From NCBI RefSeq assembly GCF_009914755.1, contig NC_060932.1: a stretch of DNA of 64,000 bases; one strand, written 5' to 3'. Shown here in pieces: positions 1-14,103 of this stretch. The position numbers and the translations under genes were made by a program. The notes under the pieces are model-generated. The model searched no databases, was not told the DNA's origin, and was given only the letters and a program-made list of their open reading frames with translations. The stretch is from the human T2T-CHM13v2.0 reference genome, Homo sapiens. Position 1 is the stretch's first letter, and each line of letters begins with the position of its first letter.

Positions 1-2123
1 AAATTCATGTATCATTTGTTATTTAAAAAATAATAAAAATGTTCTCGTTACTTCTTAGCAAAGTCAGTGCTTTAATCAATACAAAAAGGAATATATTAAT
101 TTGAATTTTTTGATGCCTAGTTTAACTGTTAATTTGGGACATTTTTATTTTAGTAGAAATAGTCCCAAGTTGGAAAAACTTGATTTAGCATTTTATAGCT
201 TTTAGACGAACAAAGTTCATGGATTATACAGAAATTAAAACAAAAAGACTTTTGAAGAACAGAGATATAAAAATATACATTAGACAGTTCCCTGACAATA
301 AACATTGGTTATATAGTTAAAATAATAAAAATTATATGGCTTTATGATTGCAACAAGGTTACACAGCTTCAATTTCAATGTTGTTTAGATTACCTGCATA
401 CTGATATTTTGACTTATAATATCTTTTCATCTAGAACATTTCCATTTCCAATTCCCATACAATCAAAATCAGTGTCATTTTCTTCTCTCCTTGCTATATT
501 CTTTTGAGGGCCTGGAAAAGGTTGGCAAGATGCTATTTTAATACATTGACCTAAGCCAACGAATTTTAGAATTATGCAAGTAAAAATGAGCACATAAGTT
601 ATTTAAAAAAGATCTGCAGTTTAATTTACCTAATGTCAGACTTAAGCAATATTAAATCTATTTGAACTTAATTGCAAATTTGGGTCTCTCTATAAGGTGT
701 AATTATCTGAACATCTTGCCATTAAAATTAAATGTGAGTGAATTTTGACATATTCATTTTCCTTTGTAATAAATGGAGGGTAATATTTTTATTTTGAAAT
801 ATTTATAGTGTAAATTACTAAAATGGTATTTCTCTCCTATTCTAATAAATCTGTTTTTACATAAGTTCTAGAGGTTAATGGCTAGATTTTAAATTGCTTT
901 CCATTTTGATAATAAGTGGATTTCCAAGAGAGATGATGTTATTAAAGAGACTTTGGTCACTCTGATTCTCTCTTTATATGAGAATAATTCATATTTGTAC
1001 AAACTTAAAGGTATAAGATGAAGCCACACTGGTATTTTTCTAAACATATAGTTTGGAGTATTGTTTTGAAAGGAATTTCTTTTTCTTAATGATATAGTTC
1101 TTTTGTTAAGCCTCTATTCTAAAATGTTTTTCTTTTTATAAAGATTGGGTATTTTTCCTGATATTCATATAACACCTCTCAAAAGTGAATAATGGCAATG
1201 ATTCCACTGAAAATTAACTTTGAATTAATGCGCTGTAACTGTGATCAAATATTGATCAGTTTTCTTTATTTTGTGCATGGTTGCAAAGTGAGAAATATAA
1301 TGCAAACTCTCAAATAATTAATTTGATTACATTGAAAAAAATTAATCTAAACTAGCTACACAAAGTCATAAAATAAAAATGTTGAACACTCAACATTCAA
1401 CGAATATTATTTATTGTTGTCTTAGACTAATTTCATTATTGTTTATGATAAATATTTTTAAAGAGCAATATTTTAGGTATTTTTGAAAGGTCTACTAAAC
1501 TCAGAATTATTATTGAAAAATGAAATGTAAATACTTAGATCTTTGATAACAAAGTAATTAAAATGTATGATTTTGCCTACTGTGTATAATAAGGGCTTAT
1601 ATTTGATCAACCATAAAAGTTATTTAATCATTTTAACCTTGGAATACTACCCCACAAAACACTACTTAATGGAAGTTAGCTGAGACGCATTAGGGTATCA
1701 AAACATCAAGTCGGCAAAGCAAGAGGGCCTAGAAAATTCAAGCCCAGCTTATTCTGCCATAATGCTACAGCAGGTTGCGTGGCAACCAGTGGCTATGGAT
1801 TTTGAAGTTATTTTATCCGTATTCAGTGAGGAACGACTTAGCCTGAATTGATTTTAGTAATTTTCAGAATTAATCAGGTTTTCAAGAATTATTACATTAG
1901 CAGACATTTTCTAGGTTTCCACATTTAGAAATACGTATGTACAAGTCTAGTTTCCAAAATAGCACTAGTTACTGGTTGCCTGGTTATTTGATTAATAATA
2001 CATATTAGATACCTGCTGATAAATTTGTTACATCTTGTGACTTGTATTAAAGCTGGTTATTGTCCAGAATTTTAAAGCTGCTTATTTTATGTGATTTTCC
2101 ACTGTTGACCTTATCCCTAGGAG

Positions 2124-2454
2124 TTTTTTGTTTGTTTGTTTGTTTGTTTGTTTGATTGTTTGTTTGTTTTTTGAGACTGAGTCTCCCACTGTCATCCAGG
2201 CTGGAGTGCAGTGCAGTAGCATGATCTCCACTCACTGCAGCCTCCACCTTACGGGTTCATGTGATTCTCCTGCCTCAGGCTCCTGAGTAGCTGGGATTAC
2301 AGCCGCGCACCACCACGCCTGGCTAATTTTTGTATTTTTACTAGAGACTGGGTTTCACCATGTTGGCCAGGCTGATCTCAAACTCCTGACCTCATGATCC
2401 AGCCACCGCCTCCCAAAGCGCTGGGATTACAGGCGTGAGCCACTGCGCCCAGCC
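2124..2454 (-). mobile_element. Alu SINE, AluS-type (Sg/Sc-like), (AAAC)n-type tail
   Basis: Antisense dimeric Alu: 'ttgagactgagtctc...ggctggagtgca...gctaatttttgtattttta...ctgggattacaggcgtgagccactgcgcccagcc'. The tail reads (TTTG)n on +. Probable diverged target-site duplication (TSD) atccctaggagtt (2113) / atccctatcagtt (2455). Confidence 0.95.
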
Positions 2455-5400
2455 ATCCCTATCAGTTCTAATATGACACCACATTTTTAAATTTTTTAAA
2501 TTACATTTTGTTTTTGCCATAACCTGCCATTGTCTTGCATTGTTGAGTACTTCCTTGATTTTATGATAAATAGTGTGTTTTGTTGGTATTTTTGTTGGGA
2601 TAATTAAATACACATTAAACTTAATATATCAATAACATTTTGGATTGTGTAGAGAAATAAAGTGTTTTTCATTCTCACATTTTGTTTTTCCTTGTTTTAT
2701 CTTGGAATGGGAATAGAGAAACAGCAGAGTTGGCTATAGTTAATATTTGAAATATATTTTTAGACATCTGACAAGCAAAACCTATATTCTGTTAGGATTT
2801 TCTACTTGGAAAAAGACAGAAATTTCTGAAATGCTATTATAAAGTCAGTTCTGTTGATATTTCTTTGACTCAGTGATTATGTGGAGCTTTTCAAGACATT
2901 TGATCTTATGTGGAATTTCCTACCCTTTAGTTTATATTCTGTCTCTATCTGCTATTAGTGGTGAATTAGAGTTATTCTAAAAGCATATGTAATATACAAC
3001 CTATTTTTGAATAACTTAGATGGAAAGTAAACTTACTATTCTGTATAAAGCAATCTTGTATAATCAAGCAAAAATGAAAATGTGTCTTTAAATCACAAAG
3101 GCTAAAACACTTTCTAATAAATCTGCTAAACAAAAGGTTGTAATATGTGCCATGCCATCTTCAGACGTACCATTAATACCACATCTAAACAGCAGGAAAG
3201 TAGTGGTAGAAATATGCATAATTTAACGTTACAAAATACATGCCTGGAAGTTCATTCCTTAGGGATTTGTGAATATTACCTGAAAATATAGTCTTCATGG
3301 TGATGATTGTAAAGTTTCTACTATAAAGAACTGTGTGTTAACCTGAAACTACAGTCATTTTTCAAAAATGAGTATATATATTTTTTAAGCCAGGGGAATT
3401 TTCGTTTAAGCATAAACAAATCACCAGTCAAACATAGCAGCAGGTTTGATGTGCTTGCACTATAGCAGTCTTTCTTTCTACATCTTTTCTAGACTCTAGT
3501 TGATTTAACTCTTGATCACTCATTTTATAATCAGCAGTGTTGGATTAAATGTAACATAATTAAAACATCTTGGATTGTGTGACATTTCACAAATAAATTC
3601 CAAACAAAATTGGTTATCAAATCACAGCTGTAGTATGAATAAATCCATCTTACAATGTGGTTCATTATTTGACAGGAAGTGTCTGCTCAGCTTCTTAAAG
3701 GGCTGCTTCTTTGTGTTTGTTTTGTCTTTGCTTTGTTTTCTTTGTTTTGTTTTGTTTTTCAAGAACAAGCAGGTTTCCAACTATCAGCATCCTCTATGCA
3801 TTAATTTTAAGAAACGGGTTTCAACAAACAATAGCTAAGGCATTAGCCACAGAATGTAACAGCAGCCTGTGTTAGGTCTTCCCATGAGAATAGTCATCAC
3901 CTTTATTACAGGGAGATTTATCTTGGGCATCAAATGTAGGTGAAAAGTACTTTGAAAATCACAAATTGCTGTGTTGCATCAAGAAATGGGGTGATAGTAA
4001 CAGTGTTAATGGCTGTGTCATTTGGTAGCTTTTCCACTTCTACCTTTTCTTCCAAAGCAGGCTTCAGTGCAAAATGTTTGGTTGCAGATTTTTCCTCTCA
4101 GATTTTAAGAACAGAGCTTTTCCCAGGAAAATGTTCTTTAACGGCAAACCAAAATTATCTCCTTATTTTACATTAGAAGTCAAGTGTTTCAGTGTGGTAA
4201 ATAAAGAAATTGGTTGTTCATCCTCAACCCCAAAAGGGGACACGTGTATAAGGGAGTTGGGATTCTACCTCAGTGCCCCACCTATTTGCCTGACCCTAGA
4301 AAAATCGGATCATGGATTTGAAAATGGGTATGTATTTTGGCATTGTGCCTTGCTCTCAGTTTTGACAACCAGATCAGCAGCAGGAGAAAGTGAAGGCACT
4401 GCCTTGCTTTTTGTTTCTCTCTGACATTGTGGAGCCAAGAGTCACAAATGTTGGGATGGAAGGTTAGGACAGGCAGGACTCACAGAAAACTTCGCATAGT
4501 GTAATCTAATATTATCTAAAATAATTATGCCAGTTCTGTAGCACTTCTCCTGTGAGAAAGTGAAAAGAAACAATAACCAAGTGAATGGTGAGGAATGAGT
4601 TTTGCTTGGACTCCTTTCCTGCCCCCCGCCCCGCGCCCAACATTCTTATATTCTGTAGAGAAGGTTCTAGACCAAGGATTAGCATGATGGTAAGAACCAA
4701 TGAGAATGACTCACATTAAGAAAAATGTGTCCATTTCAGATCAGAAGAAACAGCTTTATTAATAGTATTATTTATTAATAATAGATAATACCATAACATA
4801 TATGGAGCACCCACTGTCTACTTGGCACTGCACTTAGTGCTATCCACACAAAGATTTAAGCTTTAGGGCCATTTCTTTATATACTGAGGTAAATAGAAAA
4901 ACACAAATTACAGAGAGATCTACTGGGGAGAAAATCCGTATTAAGGAAACAAAGGGGATAGTGGGACTCACCACTTGGAAGGATTTGGCAGTAATTCAGT
5001 AAAGGAAATTTGCTAGACGGAGAACGAAGGGAAGGGCAATCGAGGTACACAAAGTAGAAAGTTTTTTGTTGTTGTTTTGTTTTTTTTAATAAGGTCTTGG
5101 CTTGTTTAGGAAATGGGCAGAATCTCAGTGTTATGCAGCATGAGAACAGATTGTGTGACATGGATGCTAGAGAAGTAAACTGTGCTCAGGTGAGGCTGGG
5201 CCTTCATTACATATGGCAACCTGAAAAGCTGTAGATGTTTCTCTTGGTTTTCCTAAACTAGTTTGCATTCATATATAGATCAATAAGTTCTAATATTTCA
5301 AGCATTTCATTATAAAAATCATTTCTTTGCATAGGAACACTATCTTCATTGTTCAGGGCAATATGGCTCAGGTCATATTTAAAGAATCAACTGTTTTAAT

Positions 5401-5494
5401 ATATGTCTTTCCACGATTATCCTGTATCACTATCCACCCGCCCTTCATTTTTATAATTGTTGATATGAAGAGGAATGCTGTTACCTTTTCTTCA

Positions 5495-5695
5495 TGTTTG
5501 ACTGTTGACAGTTTCTAGGCTTCACCTCTCCTCTTCCACTTATGCCCCACATCTGGGCAAGCAGGTAATAAATCCTGAGTTCTCTCTCCTTTAGCACCAG
5601 TAGTGAATTCAAACCACATAAGCCCCTTGCCCACACAAGAGGACCTTCACCCTGACCACAGGGAAAACACCAAGCTATCTCTCTCTCTCTCTCTC
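5495..5695 (+). mobile_element. Probable old LTR fragment (ERVL-class, MER54/MER73/MER74-like)
   Basis: 'tgttgacagtttctaggcttcacctctcc...gccccacatctgggcaagc...aattcaaaccacataagcccc' resembles a remembered ERVL LTR consensus. Family uncertain. Confidence 0.4.
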
Positions 5696-7559
5696 AACAT
5701 TTGGAATCAGAGGACTAAGTTCTGAACCTGCTAAAGACCTAACATTGCTAAATTGGTTTTACGTGGATTTTGCATTACTGAAAATTTGGCAGAAATAAAA
5801 CTACATATTTCCTCCCCCTTTACATATATTGGACTACTTTAAATCAACAAAAATTAGAAAACTATCTGTTCTAAATCCTGAATCTGGCAGAAAATTGGAT
5901 GCAGCTTAAAGACTGACGCTGTCTGAAATGTCATGGCCTCTTCCGTGGCTAGAGTTCTAGTCTGATTGATTTGGTATCTTACATTTGAAGTACATGGTTC
6001 TCTCTGTGCTTGAAAGATGCAGAATTAAGCTATATCATGTTAATTCGGTAACTACTTTCGCTCTTCCAACCCCCACCCCTGCCAAGGTGAATGAATCCCA
6101 GTTTCCTTAGGAAGGAATATTATCAAAATATGTGGGCGATTCAAGCTAGCCAAGTTTAGCTTGATAGAAAGAAAATAAGTAGCGGGTGTGTTGCATTTAA
6201 TTATGGAAGGCTGCAAGATTCCAATGACATATTTACCTCATTTACCTAGATGATATTCTAATATTTATTAGGCCATTTGAGAAACATCTGCAACACTTAG
6301 ATAAGATGTGCTGCCTCATAAGGGAAAGTGGACTACAGTTCAACTCCACAAAAGCACTGTATCCCCTGTATGAATCCCAGTTCATTTTCTGATGAGGTTT
6401 CCTTCTTGACCATTTAGTTCACTGGTTAGCACAGAATACCAGAGAGGCTCAAGTTGCAAGTTAAATTCTCCTCTAGTCAGTTAGTCTCGTCTTAGGGATC
6501 TGTGGCTGCAGCCCTTTACCTTAGGCAACCTGGTCAAATGGAGGACAAGATGACAGGATCAAATGATCATGGATGAGAGAGCATTTGTAAAATCTAAGCC
6601 AGTATATAATTAAGGGATTATGTTTTAATCATGATGTTAATACTGGAAAGCTAGTCAAAGCATGTTATCATATTAAATTAGTATAATTGCCTCTTTATGT
6701 GTTTTCTGAATTGATATATATATATATATGTATTCTGATTCTAAAATCAGTATGTTATGTGAAGATATTTAATTTAATGTAGTGTATATTTAGGGAATAA
6801 AAATTTTTAATAAAAGAATGAAAGCATTGTGTGTATGCAATATACAAATAAGATTAAGTTTAAGACTGTTTTATACTTCAAAAGAAACTAAAAACTACAA
6901 TAAATACCAATATATAACGTGTCATTCATATTTTCATTACAGGACCTTATTTCTGTTGGGGTTTGACCAGAAACAATAAATCCATCATTTTTTCTTATCC
7001 CAAATTCTCATTCTACCTATCAGGGAAGGGTCTATGTAAAGATGACCAAATAATTTACTGTACAAATTGGGACAAATAAGTAGTACTTCTCATTCCTTCC
7101 TATTTGAAAGGTAGATATGACATATGGCAAATGAAGATAAAAATATCAGCTTTAATGGATCAAAGTGATTAAAGATAATAGTGAACATGTGTGACCAAGT
7201 GAGCTACCTCAAAATGCATCAAAGACTTTGCTAGGTTTACTCCCAGAGCCACACAGACTGCAGTGGACGACTCCCTGTTACCCTGGGTGAAAATGGACCC
7301 AAAGGAAGGTCTATTCTTGGGGCATAAGCTGGCTCCCAAGTGAAGGAATAGAAGAAGCGTCAAAACTCAGTTCTTTCTCCAAAATGCACTTGCTAGAAAA
7401 GTCAGCCCTTTTCTACTGAGGCGAAATGAATGATGGGGCAGAGAGACTGCAGGACTGTTTGACTAATAGATATCCTTCCTTCAGAAATGTGGAATAAGTT
7501 ACCCCAAATCTAGTATTGAATTACTTCACATGCAATTTCACTTTCACATGCACCATACG

Positions 7560-7750
7560 ATTTATATATTCCTTAATACACTACCTAATTTAATTCTCAC
7601 AGCATTCCCAGGCATGTGAGTGTATATATATTTATCCCCATTTTATTGATGAAGGAGCTAAGTCTTAGGGACATTAAATAAGCTGAGTAGAACCACCCAG
7701 ATAGTAAGAGAAAGAGCCAAAACCAAGTTGCTTAAGTCCAGTGATCAACT
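7560..7750 (-). mobile_element. MIR SINE fragment
   Basis: 'tatccccattttattgatgaaggagctaagtcttaggg...acccagatagtaagagaaagagcc' is a diverged antisense MIR core. Confidence 0.65.
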
Positions 7751-8121
7751 GCTATATTGCTTTTAAAAGTTATGAAATAATTCAAATATAAACATACATA
7801 GGATTTGTGAAAATTCTAAGTCCCTGAACAAGGGTGACTTTGGCAACGTCAAGATTATTAATAGTGCCTAAAATACAAAAATCAGAATCAATGCACAAAA
7901 GCGTATGACAGTATGCAAAAATGAAGACTATTGTGTAAAATCACATTGGAAATGAAATTCATTTTAGTCAACTTGATTAAAATGCTCAAAGGATTACTCT
8001 AAAACAATATAAACATTCCTCATTTTATTTTTTTGTGTGGAACTGTGATATGGTATGTGTTCTAGAGATTTTGTTTTTATATTTTTTTGTTCCTGGTAAT
8101 GAGGATAGCAAAAGTAAATAA

Positions 8122-8502
<381 letters not shown>

Positions 8503-8520
8503 TAGATTAAAAAGTATTTA

Positions 8521-8833
8521 GGCTGGGTGTGGTGGCTCATGGCTGTAATCCCAGGACTTTGGAAGGCCAAGGTGGGAGGATTGCTTGAGCTTGGGAGTTT
8601 GAGAACAGCCTGGGCAACATAAGGAGACCTCATCTCTATTAAACATTTTTTGAAAATAGCCAGTTGCTGTGGTGCACACCTGTTGTCCAACCTACTTGGG
8701 AGGCTGAAGCAGAAGGATCACTTGAGCCAGGAGATCAAAAGTGCAGTAAGCTATGATCATGCCACTGCTCTTCAGCCTGGGCAACAGAGCAAGACTTTGT
8801 CTCAAAAAAAAAAAAAAGAAAAAGAAAAAAAAA
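8521..8833 (+). mobile_element. Alu SINE, AluJ
   Basis: 'ggctgggtgtggtggctcat...ggtgggaggattgcttgagc...gctatgatcatgccactg...gtctc' followed by an A-rich tail. Carries J-type diagnostics (gaggattgcttgag, tatgatc). Confidence 0.93.
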
Positions 8834-9254
8834 GCATCATTATTTTTTCTTACCCCAAATTCTCCTTCTACTTTATCAGGTGAGGCTCTATGTAAAGGTG
8901 ACCAAATAATGTACCATACTAAATGGGACAATTAGAAAGCAAAAGAAGGTGTGCAATTAGTGTGGGATGACAAGCATAAACTGTCACATACTAGGAAACA
9001 TATCTAATTATAAATATGCATCTGATGTACCTCATTTAACATGGCATTTGGGGAATACACAACTTTCACCTACAAGCTCTGTCCCTACCTTGTAGGGTCT
9101 TTGTCTGTTGGTCAGGGTAGGTAAGACCAATCCAATTCAGTGTATGGCCTTGTACTGTTGCTATCTGTTGAATTGTTCGTTACTGGTTTATAACAAGATA
9201 AGGAATCTGTATCAAAATGTAAATGTATTAATACTGTGTCAGGAAGCACATTGT

Positions 9255-9630
9255 TTAGTCAGGTGACATTGTTTTGTAGCAACACTTTTTCAATGAAGGA
9301 AACAAAGAATTAAATTATATTATGACTGATAGTCTGGCAGTAATTCTTTATTCCCCACAAACTGACTGTTTCACATAAACATCCAACATATATGACCAAA
9401 AATAGGGAGAGTAGAGGCACCTTACCTCATGGACATTCAGGTTATAACTCTCCTTTCATCTTGGAATGCTGCTTTTTGAAAGAATAATCCCTTGAAGAAA
9501 GCTTTAGGGGTTAGCCTGAGGAAAATAATTTTTAACTCTTTAGTCCACAGCTCATTGACTAGAACTCGTCATATGGTTCCACCCTAACTGCGAGAGAGGC
9601 TGGGAAATGTAGTCTTTTGGGTTGTCAGCT
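9255..9630 (-). mobile_element. Old MLT1 (ERVL-MaLR) LTR remnant
   Basis: 'ctcattgactagaactcgtcatatggttccaccctaactgcgagagaggctgggaaatgtagtc' matches the typical antisense reading of old MLT1 (K/L-like) LTRs. Left boundary uncertain. Confidence 0.55.
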
Positions 9631-9965
9631 AGTCCCAACAAGATTAGGAGGGATCTGACAGTTTTGACTTTCTCTAATTAGCCACAAGTATGATCCACTA
9701 GAACTAAAAAATTGACTAGCTCTGGGATTATTTGGGCTTTTAAGAGTAAAACCTGTGTCATCGACCTCCATATTCTTATAATAATTGGAGAATCATCATA
9801 TTACATCACATTAATTATGAAATATGAAAAATTAAATATTAACTGGTCTAGTAATTTTAGGATTTTGTATAATAAAGATATCTAATTGTGTATGTTGTTT
9901 TACCACTTAAAAACAGCTTCACTGTTCTTTATTTCCTTTAATGTCATTATGATTCTGTGAGATAG

Positions 9966-10305
<340 letters not shown>

Positions 10306-11726
10306 TATTATTAGTAGATAAGAGTTTTTATATCCATTTTACAGATATAGAAACATTGAGTAGGAAGAATACAAAATGGCAAAAACCCATTATTTTGGCA
10401 AATAATAAAGTACTTCCTGTGTTATAAACATATGCCATGGGTTGAATCAAAGGTGATAAAGTAAAATCATCCAAGGTTTCTTATTTACATTTTCGAACTC
10501 TTTTCATAGAGCACAACTTCTACATTGCAGTAGGAACATATTTAAATTAGAATTGTTCATTACTTCAACAAAATTTGGAGCTCAAAGCATAAACATGGTG
10601 CTGACCAAATAACTATTCTATTTTTTGGTAGTAGAGAAAGGGGAGAACCTGAACAAGATGGGCTCTCTGATGTGCCTTTTGATAGTGTGTATTATAAAAG
10701 GTCAGAAAGGGAGAAAAGGGATTCCTGGAGTATTATTCCTAAGGAGACATGACTCACAATTTTTTGCCTTTGATTTAAAGTAAATCATTGAATGCAACAT
10801 TTTCACTCATCAATCTGGTTTTTACTATGGAAATCTTCAAATATAAACTCATAAAATTTAAAAACATGGCTATTTTTGTCCAGTTTTATTATAGTCTATA
10901 TTACTGGCCTTAGGCATATCTTAATGGAGTTGGTCAAAAGATTAGACAGGTGTTCTTGATGTTTTCTTTTTTCTTCTAAAAGTCATCTCACTGGGTTAAT
11001 AGCATGGAACTAACAGAGCTAAGATTAAGAGGTTCGTTCACCAGAGATATCTTAGCTCCCAGGCTTCCAGATTACACAGCTCAGCTCAACCAGATTTTTA
11101 AAAAAATGTATGCCACTACTTACAGTACTTAAAAGTTTGGGGCAAATAAATTGTAGTCCAGGATCAACCAGAAATTAAAATTAACTGAGAGTGAATACTT
11201 AACTGAGAGTAGGTCAGTGATATTATCTTTGTACACGAAGAACAGCAGAGTATTCTGAATTTAATAGAATTAAGTAAATAATCATTATTTATTTAAAGAA
11301 AAAAATTTTAGGAACTTTTTGTAGTCTGATACCTGAAAAAGATACGAAAGTTTAAGCTGTATGAAACTTTCAGGGTGAAATGTGAAACTCTCTTCTAAGG
11401 TTTTGGATTTCGCTATGAAACTCAAAACTCAGACCCATTTCAGAGGGGTTTGCAAACCTTGGCTACATCTAAGCATTGCACAAGGTTTAAATGTATGCTA
11501 GCCTTTCAATCTGTTCCAGAAACTGGGGACATTATTTTTTTTAAGTCTGCTTAATTCTTGGTAAGTCACATACTTTTTAAAGTCAGCTTTAACAGAATTA
11601 CATAGTTTCATCATAAGACTCATAAGGTTCTTTAGCCATTATTTAGTCTGATCCTTTTTTTTTTTTCATGAAGAAGCATTCTTAGTTCAACTGAGATAAA
11701 AAAAACTTTACGTTTGTGAAGTAATT

Positions 11727-12090
11727 GGCATAAATAAAGTTATGCTGCAGTTATAAACAACTTCAAAATCTCAGTGGTCTGTAAAACCAAGTACTGCTTT
11801 TCATTTATGCAACATGTCTAATGTGGTCACCAGGGAGGTTCTGTCGTTTGTATTCACTCAGATATTGAAGATAGTAGACCTCAACATGGGTTTCTTTGAC
11901 CACTGAATTAGAAGGAGGGGGATATATGGTAAATTGCCCATTGGCTCTTAATAAGCATATCACTTCTGCCTAGATTTCATTGGCCTAAGCAAGTTATATG
12001 AACATTCCTAATTTGTAAGCAGATGGTGAAAGGAAATTCTTTTATGTGCATACGACATGAGAATTGCATTTATGAGCTCCCTATAGTCTA
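11727..12090 (-). mobile_element. Old MLT1 (ERVL-MaLR) solo LTR
   Basis: 'ttatgctgcagttataaacaacttcaaaatctcagtggtctgtaaaac...catatcacttctgcctagatttcattggcctaagcaagttatatg' are typical MLT1 antisense motifs. Confidence 0.7.
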
Positions 12091-12223
12091 TCTTCAAATT
12101 GAGAGATATGCAATGAGAAAGAAATTATCTTGGTAATCAATTTTACCCTAGAAAATATAAATTTATTTTAAATATTGGAACTCTGTCATAACCTCAATCT
12201 TAACATTTCTAAAAATGCACAAA

Positions 12224-12226
<3 letters not shown>

Positions 12227-12269
<43 letters not shown>

Positions 12270-12291
12270 TGTGGGGGGGTGTATGTGTGTG
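12227..12291. repeat. (TG)n microsatellite
   Basis: Directly visible TG run with minor interruptions. Confidence 0.97.
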
Positions 12292-12292
12292 C

Positions 12293-12450
12293 AGTGGTTA
12301 TTAGAGCTGACTTCCAAGCCAAAGCTTAGATTGTCCATATACTAGAGGGATGACTTTCAGAATTTTCTTAATTTCTCTGTGTCTCAGTTTCCTCATCATT
12401 GAAGTGGTTCTAATAATAGTAACTTATTCGTAAGGTCATTATGAACATTC
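12293..12450 (+). mobile_element. MIR SINE fragment
   Basis: 'ttcttaatttctctgtgtctcagtttcctcatcattgaagtgg...aataatagtaacttattcgtaagg' is the MIR core. Confidence 0.75.
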
Positions 12451-12534
12451 ACTTGGAATCCCTTCAAGGGAGTGAGTTATTGTGATGTTGTTTTATCTTT
12501 ACATTGTGATGTTGCTTCATTCTCTCTTTTTGTT

Positions 12535-13602
12535 CATCCTCTCAACCAGCCAACTTAATATCTTGATGTAATTTTTGATTCTCCCCTCTTCCTTACACAT
12601 ACTTGGTCATTAAGGTTTTTTAAAAGTATTCCTTTAAGGTAGGTGTCAGCAAACTATGTCTCTGTGGGCTAACGATAGTTTTAAAAAATATTTTTAAAGG
12701 AGTTTAAAAATAAAATGCCAACAACAAGAATATTTGGGACACAAAGTCTAAAATATTCAGTATATGCATCCTTACCCAAATAGTTTGCCAAACTCTGCTC
12801 CAAAGTATCCGTTAGAGCTGTTGCCTTTTCACAACTAACAGCTATTGCTATCTTATATTCCTCTTACTTCCCAGCCAGTTTTCTGGCTCCAGTTCATTTC
12901 CCAATGCATAGTTTGCCCAACTATCTGTATTATTACACCTCAGATTTCTGCCTTAAATACTTCTGGATATATAAGCTCTCCACTTAAAAGAATAGATCTT
13001 TAGTTGTCTCCCTGACTCTTAAGAGAATAATTGCTTCCTTAGTAGGTTTTGTCACCTGGCTCAAATCCTCTCTTCTAGACATACTCTTTGTAATTCCTAT
13101 ATATGAACTTGTTACTAATTTATATATGTGTTTATTAATTTATCCAGAAAATATTCAGAGTGCATACTATATATACCACTGTACAAGGAGAAATAAGTTC
13201 GAGTCTCAGCCTTCATGATTTTTACCCCCAGAAGTGTGTCTTTCATTCTTCCTTGTTTCTGAATATCTCCTCCATAAGAAAGTCCTTTCTTCCAATGAAA
13301 ATAGTACATATGCTCCGAAGACCAGATGGAGTTTTAGGTCTTTTCATAAAGCTTCTCCTAACCACCTAAGGCCTCATCAGTCTTCCTCCCCTGAACTTCT
13401 TTGCTACTCAAAGTCTCTGCCAATAAAAATCAAAACTTTTATTATGAGGCTTCTTTCTATGGTTTTATATATATCTATTGTGGTCTTTTTGTGTATTTAT
13501 GCCTCTTAACCCACCTGAAACTTGATTTAAATTCCTAGAGGACATATCTTATACTGCATTTTGTTCCAGAGTTAATTCAGCAACAATAAATATTTGCTGA
13601 AT
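12535..13602 (+). mobile_element. L2 LINE 3' remnant (interrupted by MER58)
   Basis: Pyrimidine-rich L2-like sequence ending in 'caataaatatttgctgaatt', the L2 3' terminus. Highly diverged. Confidence 0.5.
12640..12797. mobile_element. MER58-family hAT-Charlie MITE
   Basis: Termini 'taggtgtcagcaaactat' and 'tagtttgccaaactctg' are degenerate inverted repeats. Internal 'acaaagtctaaaatattcagtat' matches MER58. Confidence 0.7.
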
Positions 13603-13786
13603 TCTTTTTCTGGTAACTGGGTTAATTTAGTTAGTACAGAGGCTGTTAGTGCAGGATTGTTAACTGGGGGAAAAAGGCTGGTGAGGAACCAGTGGAGAGT
13701 TATAAGATGTTGTTGAAACAAAAAAAGATAAGGAACAAGTGATGGAGAAAGAGAGGAGAAGAAAGAACATTATGCTACTAGAGGAA

Positions 13787-13935
13787 TGTATTCATTGATT
13801 CTACAAATATTTAGTAGTGACATGCAGCATAAGCATTGTCACAAGAAATGAGACATAGTGGTGAACAAAAGAAATAGACTAGGCCATCATATAATTTAGA
13901 TTTTGAAAGACAGACCATAAACAAATAAACAAGTA
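13787..13935 (-). mobile_element. L2 LINE 3' end fragment
   Basis: 'attcattgattctacaaatatttagtag...gagacatagtggtgaacaaaa' is an antisense L2 3' end. Confidence 0.6.
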
Positions 13936-14103
13936 ATTAGACTCTATCTTGTAGATTGGAGGCAACCTTCATCAAATTAACGTTGTGAGGTAGACAGTAT
14001 TACCTCAATATTAACTGTGAGGAAACTGATGCGGAGGTATGTCGGAATCAAATCTTACCAGCTTGTAAGAGCCAGTCATTAAATTTGGGGCGACTACAAG
14101 CCA

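Noticed and set aside
4618-4640. GC box (ccccgcccc) suggesting a promoter
   Set aside because: It is an isolated 20-bp GC patch with no CpG island or other supporting promoter features.
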